A stretch of 64,000 nt of DNA from a virus, in IMG/VR virus record IMGVR_UViG_3300034374_009254, positions 37,259-101,258 of that record; one strand, written 5' to 3'. Position numbers and translations under genes: made by a program. Every line of letters begins with the position of its first letter. The stretch's first letter is position 1. The notes beneath the pieces were generated by a model. That model did no database searches and was not told the DNA's origin. It was given only the letters and a program-made list of their open reading frames with translations. Shown here piece after piece: positions 41,917-51,092 of this stretch.

Positions 41917-43356
41917 TTAGGAGAGTTTGATAGCCATACAAGCAGGGTTGTTAGTAGTACCGCCAAACATACGGTCAAAACCGAGTGACTGGCTAGCAAC
42001 TACCAAGCGACGCTGTTCGCGCACTTCGTAATCCTGCTCAACATTAACGCCGCGGAGACGCGGAATAACAAAGTTAGCAGTGTTAACTGCATAAGCAATG
42101 TCATCACCAACAGCATTAGTAGTAGCAAAGTTGTCGGAAATCAGTACGGGCGAGCCATATACTGAACCGATAGCACCAACCAGCTTGGTTGCTACATCAG
42201 AACCGACATCCGTGATGTCTGCAAAACCTGCGTCTGCAATCAGGTCATAGTAACGCTCTTGTGAAACGACATACGTGACGTCAGAAGGCGACAGACCAAA
42301 CTTACCCATACCGGAACGTGCTTCCAGAAGAGCAGCAGCAGTCAAAGAACCTGTAGCAGCAGCAACAGCATTAGCAGTGCTAAGAGTTACTGCAGTAGCA
42401 AAGTTTGCAAGACCTCTAATGAGAGGAGTAGTGTTACCGTTCAGAATCATTTCATCTACTGCACGAGCGTGAGCACGGGCAACATTCTCGGTCATCATGG
42501 GAAGAAGATTTACAAGAATCTCTTCATCAATGTGATTGTCGAGGAACGTGGTAGAAATCATACGATGAGCGGTAAGTACGATTTGACCTACGTCAAACGT
42601 ACCTGCAGTACCGGTACCATTTACACCATCATTAGTTACACCAGTCGTAGAACCGGTGAAACGAGCATTCTCACCACCTTGAGAGAAGACAGCCTTTGAG
42701 GTGTCACTCTGCAGAGGAAGAATCATAGACTGAGAGTTCATGTTCAGCTCACGGAAAGCTTGTGCCAGACGATACTGGAATTGAACTTCTTTTTCAAGAG
42801 CAGTCTGTACGCTAGTAGCGATGTTGGGCTGAGTGCCGGGATTACCTGAGTTGGGGTAGTCCATACCAGCCTTCTCAAGAGTTTCACGACCATACTTGGT
42901 GTCCCAACCTTTTTGAGTGAATACACCCAGCATATGGGCATACATCAACTCTTTTGAGTGCTTTTCGAGATCTGCTGAAGAGGCACGGTCAGCGAATACA
43001 CGCTTAGACTCACGCATCTTATCGAGCTCTTCACTCTTCTCTTCAAGGTCACGCTTATATTGAGCGATAACCTCTGCCATATTGGCATCTTTTTCAGCCA
43101 GCTTAGCTTCAACATCGGCCATCAAACGATCAGCGCCTGACTCGACACCAACCTTAATAGCTGTTTGAACTTCAGCTTCTTGCTGAGCTTTGGCTTGGGC
43201 TTCTGCCTGGGCCTTCTCAGTGGCTTCTTGTGCTGCCTTCTCATCGGCAGCTTTTTGCTCGGCTTGCTTCATTGCAATTTTAGCAGCAGTTTCCTCTGCT
43301 ACCTTCTTAGCAAAAGCTTCCAAGTCGACTTCGGGAGTTTTTACTTCTTCCGACAT
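41917..43356 (-). CDS. Major capsid protein from an internal in-frame start (479 aa)
   Basis: AGGAG-ATCAAA-ATG inside the fusion ORF at MSEEVK. Confidence 0.7.
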   Translation of the reverse strand: MSEEVKTPEVDLEAFAKKVAEETAAKIAMKQAEQKAADEKAAQEATEKAQAEAQAKAQQEAEVQTAIKVGVESGADRLMADVEAKLAEKDANMAEVIAQYKRDLEEKSEELDKMRESKRVFADRASSADLEKHSKELMYAHMLGVFTQKGWDTKYGRETLEKAGMDYPNSGNPGTQPNIATSVQTALEKEVQFQYRLAQAFRELNMNSQSMILPLQSDTSKAVFSQGGENARFTGSTTGVTNDGVNGTGTAGTFDVGQIVLTAHRMISTTFLDNHIDEEILVNLLPMMTENVARAHARAVDEMILNGNTTPLIRGLANFATAVTLSTANAVAAATGSLTAAALLEARSGMGKFGLSPSDVTYVVSQERYYDLIADAGFADITDVGSDVATKLVGAIGSVYGSPVLISDNFATTNAVGDDIAYAVNTANFVIPRLRGVNVEQDYEVREQRRLVVASQSLGFDRMFGGTTNNPACMAIKLS

Positions 43357-43971
43357 TTTGATCTCCTGTTTAACGGAATTGTCCGCTTCGTCCGGTGTTT
43401 CACTAGCTACAGATGATTTTTCATCCTTAGCCAGAGACTGACCGGCTAGATCTACACGATTGGTGAAAGTTTTCTTAAAATCATTGTATTCTTCCATAGA
43501 ATCAAATGATTTTGCCAGAGAAAAAGTTGCTGCTTGGTTACAAGGTACCGATACAACTGATACTTCGAACAATTCAGCATCCTTAATCTTTAATCCGTCA
43601 GTTTCCGTTATATAATCAGCATCCTTGACTCGGAAACCAACAGAAAAAGCTCCAAGAATGCCTTCTTTTACTAATTGCGCCACATGATCTGGCGCAGATT
43701 TAGAAATTTTTGCTTTGAGTTCCAGGCCATTTTCTGTCACTTTAAGACCTGTTGCTCTGCCAATCGGCTTATTATAATCGTGATTAAAAAGAATGATTGG
43801 ATTCTTTTCAAAATTTCGAAGCCCACCTTTTGTCCATGCTTCTGCCATAATGACATCGTTTGCACGATCCTCATCATGAGTACTTGCCATACCGCAGATA
43901 TGAACGCCTCCGTCTTCATCTTCATGAAGAGCTTTAAAAGTGGACGTAAAATTAAAAACCTTATTTATCAT
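41917..43971 (-). CDS. HK97-type prohead protease fused in frame to the major capsid protein
   Basis: N-terminal PIILFNHD..KPIG, AFSVGF, ELFEVSVVSVPCNQ; coiled-coil delta region; HK97-fold capsid C-terminus. Confidence 0.92.
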   Translation of the reverse strand: MINKVFNFTSTFKALHEDEDGGVHICGMASTHDEDRANDVIMAEAWTKGGLRNFEKNPIILFNHDYNKPIGRATGLKVTENGLELKAKISKSAPDHVAQLVKEGILGAFSVGFRVKDADYITETDGLKIKDAELFEVSVVSVPCNQAATFSLAKSFDSMEEYNDFKKTFTNRVDLAGQSLAKDEKSSVASETPDEADNSVKQEIKMSEEVKTPEVDLEAFAKKVAEETAAKIAMKQAEQKAADEKAAQEATEKAQAEAQAKAQQEAEVQTAIKVGVESGADRLMADVEAKLAEKDANMAEVIAQYKRDLEEKSEELDKMRESKRVFADRASSADLEKHSKELMYAHMLGVFTQKGWDTKYGRETLEKAGMDYPNSGNPGTQPNIATSVQTALEKEVQFQYRLAQAFRELNMNSQSMILPLQSDTSKAVFSQGGENARFTGSTTGVTNDGVNGTGTAGTFDVGQIVLTAHRMISTTFLDNHIDEEILVNLLPMMTENVARAHARAVDEMILNGNTTPLIRGLANFATAVTLSTANAVAAATGSLTAAALLEARSGMGKFGLSPSDVTYVVSQERYYDLIADAGFADITDVGSDVATKLVGAIGSVYGSPVLISDNFATTNAVGDDIAYAVNTANFVIPRLRGVNVEQDYEVREQRRLVVASQSLGFDRMFGGTTNNPACMAIKLS

Positions 43972-44263
43972 CTTTTTTACTCTCTACTTTCTTAGCAGGT
44001 TCTTTTGGAGCTTCTTTTTTAGGCTCTTCTTTTTTAGGCGCTGCTTTCTGCTTGGGAGCAAATACTGATTTATCCATAACTCTAACGGAATGAACAGCAG
44101 TTCTCCAGTTATAAAAAGATTTTTGAATTTGCTTAGGAGTTACAGGCTTATCAACAATGTTGCAATAGCTTTTGTAGTCAATATCCTCTGGGAGTCCCCA
44201 ATCTTTAAATTGCTGTATTAATATCTTATTTACAGCTTGTCTTAATCTGTTTCGTGAAGCCAT
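43961..44263 (-). CDS. Hypothetical head-region protein with K/E/P-rich tail
   Basis: ORF coupled to the portal and protease genes. Confidence 0.7.
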   Translation of the reverse strand: MASRNRLRQAVNKILIQQFKDWGLPEDIDYKSYCNIVDKPVTPKQIQKSFYNWRTAVHSVRVMDKSVFAPKQKAAPKKEEPKKEAPKEPAKKVESKKDDK

Positions 44264-45459
44264 TAGTCATCATCTCCATTTTCAGTAGGTCGACCACCTT
44301 GTGATGGATCTACTGCGCTGCCAGCTATATTTTGAGGTACGCGAATTTCATCTGCATCAGGCAGTTCATCAAAATTCATAGCAACTCTAGCTTCGTTAGG
44401 TGTTATAATTCCTGCATTTACAAGGGAAGTGTAAAAAGTTGCTTGGTCTCTCAGCTCAGGCTGTAGAGCAGGAATATCTGTAATATCTTCTCCAATATCA
44501 AATCCAAAAAATCGAGAATAAGCTTTATTTGTTTTCTTGACGATAGGAAGAATTGTTTCTAAATAGTACATTCGCATATTTGGACGAATGTTTGCATTAT
44601 TACCGGAGTCCATAAGTAACGGAGGAACTCCCAATGCTTTTAATATAATCTTTTCATTTTCAGAAATAGCTTGTTGAAAGTCTAATTCTCTAAAATTAAT
44701 TTTAGAAAGCTCGTCTACTTCAATACCACCATCTAGCACTAAAGGACGCTTGCCACCTGCGTCTGGACGGTATCGTGCTGTCCAAGATTGTATCATTCTT
44801 TCTTTATTTTTCTCAGAAAGAGTATTTGGAGATTTAATTACAAGTCCCGGGACTGCGCCGTTTCTAAAAAAGTTATCTTGAAAATCCCGCATACTTCTCA
44901 TGAGACGCATTGTTCGAAGTGCGGGCTTTAATCTGGATACGCCTCGATAAATAGAATAAAAAGAATTTTCTTTTACGTGAATAATCTCACTTGGAGAAAA
45001 TTTTTGCTCATTACCGTCAAAGCTGTAATGGTCTATGAAAGTCTTTTTACTTGCATGAATTGTCATCTTACTAGCAGGCAAATGGTATAAATGTACACCA
45101 TCATAATAAATAAATATATTGCCGTCTAGAATGTAATCAGTAAAAAGATTTCGTCGAAAAGAGGAAATATCTTGAAAAGGGTTTGGCTCTTGGTTAAGTA
45201 GCTTTGCTATACGAGAGCCTTTTATTCCTTTTATAACTCCTTGTATGGGCATTTGCTCATGAACAACTGCATCAATTTCAGCACAATCATCTACAAGAAT
45301 ATTTACTCCACGATTTACAATCTCTAAATCTTCGTAGGCTCTTTCGTAACTATACGTATACTCCTTGCTTGGCTCGGTAGTTTTTTCGTAGTATGGCTGT
45401 ATTGGATTCAGTTTTTCTTCTGTATCCTTTTTTCCAAATCCAAAGTTATACCATGCCAT
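44263..45459 (-). CDS. Portal protein (HK97 family, T5 pb7-like)
   Basis: LLNQEPNPFQ, DGNIF, EIIHVKE, FFRNGAVPG, ALGVPP, GIITPNEAR. Confidence 0.95.
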   Translation of the reverse strand: MAWYNFGFGKKDTEEKLNPIQPYYEKTTEPSKEYTYSYERAYEDLEIVNRGVNILVDDCAEIDAVVHEQMPIQGVIKGIKGSRIAKLLNQEPNPFQDISSFRRNLFTDYILDGNIFIYYDGVHLYHLPASKMTIHASKKTFIDHYSFDGNEQKFSPSEIIHVKENSFYSIYRGVSRLKPALRTMRLMRSMRDFQDNFFRNGAVPGLVIKSPNTLSEKNKERMIQSWTARYRPDAGGKRPLVLDGGIEVDELSKINFRELDFQQAISENEKIILKALGVPPLLMDSGNNANIRPNMRMYYLETILPIVKKTNKAYSRFFGFDIGEDITDIPALQPELRDQATFYTSLVNAGIITPNEARVAMNFDELPDADEIRVPQNIAGSAVDPSQGGRPTENGDDD

Positions 45460-45850
45460 GTTTAGTTCTCTGTATCTCTACCCAATTTTTCTGCTTGTCT
45501 GCAGTTGCTAAAGAAGGGTTTCGCCCGTATATACCATGAAGTTGTACATGATGATTATGGCACAGTGTTACGGTATGCTCGTAAAGTTCTGCCCAGTTAT
45601 CTTCTATGAATTCATCTCGCCAAATGACTATATATTCGTCAATGTAATGCTCTGGGCGAGCTTTTTGTTTTTCTTGTAACCACTTCCTTAAAAGTGGCGT
45701 TAACGTATAAAAATGGTGAAAGTCTAGTGTAGTTGATTGACCACAAATATAACATTCAGTGTCTTTTTCGTATAGAGATTTTGCTTTATCTCGTATGTAT
45801 TTTACAGGGTCTCTTTTTAGCCTTGAACTTTTCTTTCGGGCCTTTTTCAT
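45446..45850 (-). CDS. HNH endonuclease (position of the T5 nicking endonuclease)
   Basis: CYICG...DFHH...TLCHNHH..LH. Confidence 0.85.
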   Translation of the reverse strand: MKKARKKSSRLKRDPVKYIRDKAKSLYEKDTECYICGQSTTLDFHHFYTLTPLLRKWLQEKQKARPEHYIDEYIVIWRDEFIEDNWAELYEHTVTLCHNHHVQLHGIYGRNPSLATADKQKNWVEIQRTKHGMV

Positions 45851-45864
45851 ATTTTTATACCAGA

Positions 45865-45893
45865 ATTATATAACGGGAAGGATAATTTGTCAA
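45865..45893 (-). promoter_or_regulatory. Sigma70 promoter for the head operon
   Basis: TTGACA-17-TATAAT. Confidence 0.85.
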
Positions 45894-45915
45894 ACATTAT
45901 TTTTGAAAAGGTGTC

Positions 45916-47220
45916 TTAAAAACTAGTTGAAGAAGTTTCAAAAGAATATAATCCGTATCGTAAAGCATCTGCCATATGAGATGCCATATTATGCCGAGGT
46001 TTTTCTTTTGCTAAGTTAGGATTAGGGTCCCACTGGTATTGATCCAAAGAAGCAATTACTTCTTTGCAGTTCTGATCTACAATAAGTTTATCATTATCCA
46101 CTATACGTTCAACATGAGCAATTCCATCAAGTACGGATTTTTTAGCATTATTAGTACTTATATCATATTGCTGTGCAAAGTCAAATCGAGTTTGCTGAGC
46201 GGCAGAATCTATAAATATAAAATCAATGTTCCACTTATGCTGTAAACGAGAAATTTCTGCTGCATGCTGCTCTGTTGTTCTTTCACTGTTCATGTACTCA
46301 TCAAGTACGTAATATGTTTCTGTTTCCCAATCATATCCAATTACACAAAAAGCAGTAGGGTCTCTGTACCCTACGTCAAGCCCTGCAATAATTTCCATCC
46401 GAGACGTGTCAAGCTCTTCTAGATTTGCGATACACTCTTCGTGATTGAAATTCCATATCTGGCCTTCATAAGTATTAAAGTCGGCTTCATATTCTTGCTT
46501 AAACTCAGCTTCGGACATACTTTTTCGAGCTTCCGCAATATCCGTTTCAGACATTCTCGGATTATCTCTATAAGTTGCTCGTATTGAGGCCCATTCGGAA
46601 AATTCATCACTAAATCCTCTGTGAAAGAACTTTGCAAACCAATTGTTCTTTCCTCTCGGTGTAGATATAAAAATTGCCTTAGAATTGTCTTTGTCAAGAG
46701 TAGGACGAAGTGCTACATTAAAAGCGTCTTCTCCATCTGCTAGAGCCGCTTCGTCAAAAATAATTAGATCATAAGAACGACCAACACAAGAATCTACTTG
46801 GTTTACAGAACCCATACGAATTGTAGATCCGTTAGTAAGTTCAATAACTTTATCTTTTGCGTTGTCTTTTGCTACCTCTAAATCAAAATGTTTAATTAGT
46901 TGTCTTTGTAAGTCGAAAGAAATCTGAGACAAGGAGTAATTGGGAGACATGATTAGAATATTAGATCCAGGTACTAAAGAAACTAGTTGCCCGATAATAT
47001 TCGCTATATATGTTTTTCCTTGTCGCCTTGAAATTGAAGCAACAACGAAGCGATACTTATTATTATTTATCGCATTTATAATTGCCATCTGAGAGGGCAG
47101 AGGACTTACGCCGAGTAGTTCAAGATATTGAGCTACTGGTAGTTTGAGAAATCTTGTCTCAGATTGTGAATCGACTAATTTTTCTGAAATTATATCAGCT
47201 CGGCTAACTTCTACTGCCAT
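45916..47220 (-). CDS. terL: Terminase large subunit
   Basis: Walker A SRRQGKT, Walker B IIFDEAA, ISTPRG, GLDVGYRDPTA, HMADALRY. Confidence 0.97.
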   Translation of the reverse strand: MAVEVSRADIISEKLVDSQSETRFLKLPVAQYLELLGVSPLPSQMAIINAINNNKYRFVVASISRRQGKTYIANIIGQLVSLVPGSNILIMSPNYSLSQISFDLQRQLIKHFDLEVAKDNAKDKVIELTNGSTIRMGSVNQVDSCVGRSYDLIIFDEAALADGEDAFNVALRPTLDKDNSKAIFISTPRGKNNWFAKFFHRGFSDEFSEWASIRATYRDNPRMSETDIAEARKSMSEAEFKQEYEADFNTYEGQIWNFNHEECIANLEELDTSRMEIIAGLDVGYRDPTAFCVIGYDWETETYYVLDEYMNSERTTEQHAAEISRLQHKWNIDFIFIDSAAQQTRFDFAQQYDISTNNAKKSVLDGIAHVERIVDNDKLIVDQNCKEVIASLDQYQWDPNPNLAKEKPRHNMASHMADALRYGLYSFETSSTSF

Positions 47221-47222
47221 AG

Positions 47223-47597
47223 CTACTGGCCTTCTACTTTGGTGGCTTCTCTATAATAAATAATTATTTCTTTTTGCTGCCGTATATATCTTCGCAGTTC
47301 TTGAAGATTATAAGCCATATTCTCATAGTCTTGAGGAGTTAGCCCAAAAATTACAAAAGTACCATCTTGCATTTTTGAAATTCTTTCAATTTGCTCCTCA
47401 AGATTTTTTTCTGTGACTACAAAAAATTCTACTTCCTGCAAATCTATTCTTTTTGGTAATTGTGGCTGATAGATTTCCAGTGTTTTATATTCTGTAACTG
47501 TTTTTATAATCGGCTCGGGGGTTGGTAGAGGCTCAGATTTTAGAAAAGAACACCCCGATAAAAATCCTATCATCAAAAAACTAATTGCTATCCGCAT
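47223..47597 (-). CDS. Outer-membrane spanin (Rz1-like lipoprotein)
   Basis: Signal peptide with lipobox LSGC, Pro-rich segment, overlaps the i-spanin gene. Confidence 0.75.
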   Translation of the reverse strand: MRIAISFLMIGFLSGCSFLKSEPLPTPEPIIKTVTEYKTLEIYQPQLPKRIDLQEVEFFVVTEKNLEEQIERISKMQDGTFVIFGLTPQDYENMAYNLQELRRYIRQQKEIIIYYREATKVEGQ

Positions 47598-48003
47598 TTT
47601 CTACCTCTACACTATCTTGCTCTATGGCTTCAAACACTTCTTTTGTGCCTTTATTTATTCGTGGTTCTATAAGTCCGGGCTTTACTCGAGCTAACTTAGT
47701 TAAACTGTGTCTTTTAAAAATAGAAAGATAGTCGTCCATGTCTGCTTGCATTTCGTTATTTTTTTCGGTTAAGTCATTAACTGCTTGCAGTTGAATTTGT
47801 AAGTTTTGTTCTGAACGCTCTCTTGCAGCTTTTTCCGCTTCGAAGGCTGCATCCAGTTTTGCAGCATTTTCTTTTAGCACTACTACATTTACTTCAAGTC
47901 TTGCAATTTTTGCCTCTGCTTTACTGACTGTAGTAGTATGATAAGCATATGCTCCGCCTGCTACAACAAGAATTAAAGGCATTGCTTTTATGAGTCCTAA
48001 CAT
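47581..48003 (-). CDS. Inner-membrane spanin (Rz-like)
   Basis: N-terminal TM, coiled coil, KPGLIE..IN motif. Confidence 0.75.
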   Translation of the reverse strand: MLGLIKAMPLILVVAGGAYAYHTTTVSKAEAKIARLEVNVVVLKENAAKLDAAFEAEKAARERSEQNLQIQLQAVNDLTEKNNEMQADMDDYLSIFKRHSLTKLARVKPGLIEPRINKGTKEVFEAIEQDSVEVENADSN

Positions 48004-48269
48004 TAGTATACTTTCCTTAAATCGTATCCAACAGGGTTTACAACTTTAATTTCATGTTTTACGCCCTCTAAGTCAACAAATATTAAATGGGTAGTACTTA
48101 TTTTTTTAAGTTCTTTTGCACGATAAGTTTTTGGGTTAGTTGACTCTAGTCTTGTACCGTCCACTAAAAAACGAGTTTCACCAGGGAAAAATACAGTAAG
48201 CTCCCACTCTTCTCGAATGAGAGTTAACCACCAATGTTTAATCTTTTGGATCATGTTTACGATGTCCAT
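48003..48269 (-). CDS. Hypothetical protein
   Basis: ORF in a coupled operon; start uncertain. Confidence 0.65.
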   Translation of the reverse strand: MDIVNMIQKIKHWWLTLIREEWELTVFFPGETRFLVDGTRLESTNPKTYRAKELKKISTTHLIFVDLEGVKHEIKVVNPVGYDLRKVY

Positions 48270-48813
48270 TCCATGCTACAAAACCTCCGAGCCTTAATGC
48301 CCAGTATGCCAAATAATTCAATAGTTTAAAACCGTTCTGCTCAATACAAATGTCTCGAAAAAGTTTGTCCATCCATTTTTGAGTTTGAGGCCCAATAACG
48401 GTACGGTCACCTTTCATAAGTGTCCCATACTTATAGCCATAATCGTGAACAAGACCGCCCATAAGAAGGACTCCAGTGGGCGATAACCACATTGCGAGAA
48501 ACTTAGGTACTGATGCACCATCAAATTGGAAACCTTTGGGAATAACATATCTTTCTCCGTCTAGAGAGAAATGAAAGTCGTCACAAATTTCCCAATGTCT
48601 TACACCAAGTAGCCACATCCAGATTGCTTTCCAAAATCCTTTATCTGCTGTTTCTATTTTTAGGGGCTTCATGTGCGGCATTTCTGAGTATTCAAAGTTT
48701 ACTCGTTTCTCTCCTTGACCATCAAAAATACTTGCAATAAAACCAATTATAATAAGTGTTATAACAATAGTCCACTGCCAAAAGGTTACTGCAAGATCAA
48801 GTATGAGGTCCAT
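48238..48813 (-). CDS. DUF1353-like protein with N-terminal TM
   Basis: IPKGFQFDGASVP...LVHDYGY...D.LF...LRLGG. Confidence 0.8.
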   Translation of the reverse strand: MDLILDLAVTFWQWTIVITLIIIGFIASIFDGQGEKRVNFEYSEMPHMKPLKIETADKGFWKAIWMWLLGVRHWEICDDFHFSLDGERYVIPKGFQFDGASVPKFLAMWLSPTGVLLMGGLVHDYGYKYGTLMKGDRTVIGPQTQKWMDKLFRDICIEQNGFKLLNYLAYWALRLGGFVAWNGHRKHDPKD

Positions 48814-49140
48814 TTACTTTTTACCACTCCAGGCTTGTGCTCCGAAGAATGCAGCAACTAGACCAGCAACTGCGACAAAATATGTGGGAGCCATGTCTCC
48901 AAGAATTGCTGCGGCTTTATCAAGTTCAATAAAATCAGTTACAACAACCATTCCAGGGTACATCAACATTCCAAACAGAGCAAACCAAGTCATGTTTCTC
49001 TGAGCATCTCGCATTGCATCTGCATCTTCAAGCTCTTTTCGCTTGAACTCCATATACATTGCATGCTCTTCTGGATCTACCTTGCCATCTCCATTTGAAT
49101 CTGCTGGATGATACCCGTTTTTCTCTAGTTCTTCGTCCAT
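48814..49140 (-). CDS. Holin-like two-TM membrane protein with an EF-hand loop
   Basis: DSNGDGKVDPEE followed by two hydrophobic helices and a basic C-terminus; near the spanins. Confidence 0.55.
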   Translation of the reverse strand: MDEELEKNGYHPADSNGDGKVDPEEHAMYMEFKRKELEDADAMRDAQRNMTWFALFGMLMYPGMVVVTDFIELDKAAAILGDMAPTYFVAVAGLVAAFFGAQAWSGKK

Positions 49141-49148
49141 ATTAGTTT

Positions 49149-49934
49149 TTAGTTATCTTTCAAGATAATATCAAAAATGGCGCCGCCACCTACATTATTC
49201 TGTGAAAGAGCTTTGACTTCTATATCAGTCTTTTCTTCAAATTTTAAAGGTACGGGATAATCATAATTAAATCCAGAAGCAAATACTCCAAATTGTCCTT
49301 TTACATTGAACGCCCCACCAAAAGGTCTTGCATACAACCTAAAGAGTGCATCATTATTTGCATCAATAGATCCATTTACTTTAAGTAAATAACCTGTCTT
49401 ACCTGCAGGAATTGTATACAAGGCCATAAGAGTCTGACCTGCTCCTGCTTTTATAATTGCTTCGTCCGTGCTTCCGTTTTGAATACGAATTTCATCAAAG
49501 TTTGTTAAGCCCGTATTTGCAGTAACCATTCGTGCTCGAAAAACTCGAACAAATTGAGCCGTTGAAGCAGGTCCTCCAATAGTTAAAGTTTCAGTTACAG
49601 GATTGTAATTTTGATCTAGTCCTTGTACTTCTACAGTACCGCCATCATCAGTAGCAGGAGTATCCGAAACAGCACTTACAACTGCTGCAGCACTGTATGC
49701 ATAATCTGTAGTTCCATCCCAAATTGTTTGAAAAGTGTTTGGAATACTATCTCGATATCCAAACTTATTAATATGAGAAAAACCTACTACATTTCCTTCT
49801 GCAATTGGAATATTTGCAGAAGCTCCAAAACTACTGATTAAGTTTGCGTCTTTGTCGGCAAGTGTTACTACTTGTAGTGGATGGGTAGTTGCACCCTTTG
49901 TTGGAATTGTATAAGTTTTATTCATCATCACCAC
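49149..49934 (-). CDS. Hypothetical (possibly virion) protein
   Basis: 261-aa beta-rich ORF; INKFG, YTIPAGKTGYL motifs. Confidence 0.7.
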   Translation of the reverse strand: MVMMNKTYTIPTKGATTHPLQVVTLADKDANLISSFGASANIPIAEGNVVGFSHINKFGYRDSIPNTFQTIWDGTTDYAYSAAAVVSAVSDTPATDDGGTVEVQGLDQNYNPVTETLTIGGPASTAQFVRVFRARMVTANTGLTNFDEIRIQNGSTDEAIIKAGAGQTLMALYTIPAGKTGYLLKVNGSIDANNDALFRLYARPFGGAFNVKGQFGVFASGFNYDYPVPLKFEEKTDIEVKALSQNNVGGGAIFDIILKDN

Positions 49935-50230
49935 TTTACCTTATTCGCCCAGTAGGCGGCAGACATTTTGCCCTTTGCAATATTCTTTGCATGACGAGCT
50001 TTGAAAGAACGACGACGAGCAGCATATGCTTTGCTCTCACCTTTTTTCTTTGGAGAACCTTTTACGCCTTGCTGACCAAATCGAATAGTTTTAATCTTGC
50101 TGCCAACTTTTGCGACAACAACATGAGATTTTTTTGCATGACCTGGAGTTCTCTTGGGCTTATTAAAAGCAGAGACTCCAGCTCTTTTGAGAGCGGGATG
50201 TTTTTTTCTACCGCCTTTTCGTTTTTTCAT
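49928..50230 (-). CDS. Highly basic small protein
   Basis: K/R-rich; IRFGQQG...RRSFKARH...SAAYWA. Confidence 0.8.
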   Translation of the reverse strand: MKKRKGGRKKHPALKRAGVSAFNKPKRTPGHAKKSHVVVAKVGSKIKTIRFGQQGVKGSPKKKGESKAYAARRRSFKARHAKNIAKGKMSAAYWANKVKW

Positions 50231-50415
50231 ATTATATAATCTAAATAACGGATATTTGTGCTTTGATCGAGTTTACCGTTCTTGTCATAAGTTATGACAG
50301 TATAGATTGTATCTGTTACTTTATATTTTGCATCGGGAGCTTTGGCAATGGATTGTACGGTGTAATCTTTTTCATAAGAAGTAGGTACAGTAGCAGCTAT
50401 AGAATTAACTTCCAT
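50227..50415 (-). CDS. Hypothetical protein
   Basis: GGGAG RBS before MEVNS. Confidence 0.6.
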   Translation of the reverse strand: MEVNSIAATVPTSYEKDYTVQSIAKAPDAKYKVTDTIYTVITYDKNGKLDQSTNIRYLDYII

Positions 50416-50477
50416 TCTACTTCTCCCGTTTTTTGGCCCCGCGTTTGATATCATTACGAGTTGCAGCTGAAAGAGGT

Positions 50478-50702
50478 TTAGCTGTCCTCTTCTTCCTCGT
50501 CGAGGTCTTCTTCCTCGTCGTTGATCTCCTCTTCGTAGTCGTCGAGCCAGTCTTTCTTCTCGTCGACTTTTTCCTGCGTCTTACTGCCATCCCCGTTCTC
50601 TTCCCAGTATTTCATTAACTGGCTGCGGCTTTTGAATCTAGCAATTTCTTCATTCTTATCATCCATAAGAATCCAAGCCCTATTTTTATAAGCTATGTTC
50701 AT
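50478..50702 (-). CDS. Small protein with acidic C-terminal tail
   Basis: 74 aa, D/E-rich end. Confidence 0.7.
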   Translation of the reverse strand: MNIAYKNRAWILMDDKNEEIARFKSRSQLMKYWEENGDGSKTQEKVDEKKDWLDDYEEEINDEEEDLDEEEEDS

Positions 50703-50703
50703 T

Positions 50704-50802
50704 TTATTCGCCCTTATTTAGGTCTACGAGGTTGTGACCCCACTTGGCCCATGCAATATGTGCAAACCAGCCAATAACTGCTCCAATTAGTATGTCAATC
50801 AT
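50704..50802 (-). CDS. 32-aa single-TM peptide (not in ORF track)
   Basis: MIDILIGAVIGWFAHIAWAKWGHNLVDLNKGE; GAGGAG RBS; ATGA overlap with the upstream stop. Confidence 0.6.
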   Translation of the reverse strand: MIDILIGAVIGWFAHIAWAKWGHNLVDLNKGE

Positions 50803-50894
50803 TTCATGCTCCTCTTTTTCTTCTTGCCGCGCTTTTTTGCAGCTTTCGATGGTCTACCACGTTTTTTACCGTAAGTTCCTTTACCGTAAGGCAT
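50799..50894 (-). CDS. 31-aa basic AT-hook-like peptide (not in ORF track)
   Basis: MPYGKGTYGKKRGRPSKAAKKRGKKKKRSMK. Confidence 0.7.
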   Translation of the reverse strand: MPYGKGTYGKKRGRPSKAAKKRGKKKKRSMK

Positions 50895-50903
50895 TGTTTT
50901 CTC

Positions 50904-51092
50904 TTATGGAAGATAATCCCATTCTTGCATATAACAATTATGCTGTTGACTTTTTACCCAACATAGTTCTTGAATAAGTCGATTATACCATTGCTTATCG
51001 TACTCATCCGAAGCTTTATTCATATCTTGCTTTAATTGCGAGATACGAACATTAATATACTTATCAATGTCTTTTGGCCTATTTCTTTTCAT
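50904..51092 (-). CDS. Hypothetical protein
   Basis: Coupled ORF. Confidence 0.65.
   Translation of the reverse strand: MKRNRPKDIDKYINVRISQLKQDMNKASDEYDKQWYNRLIQELCWVKSQQHNCYMQEWDYLP

Noticed and set aside
41860-41941. N-terminal extension of the head completion ORF
   Set aside because: Runs through the capsid terminator hairpin; true start is more likely MAKDL at 41860
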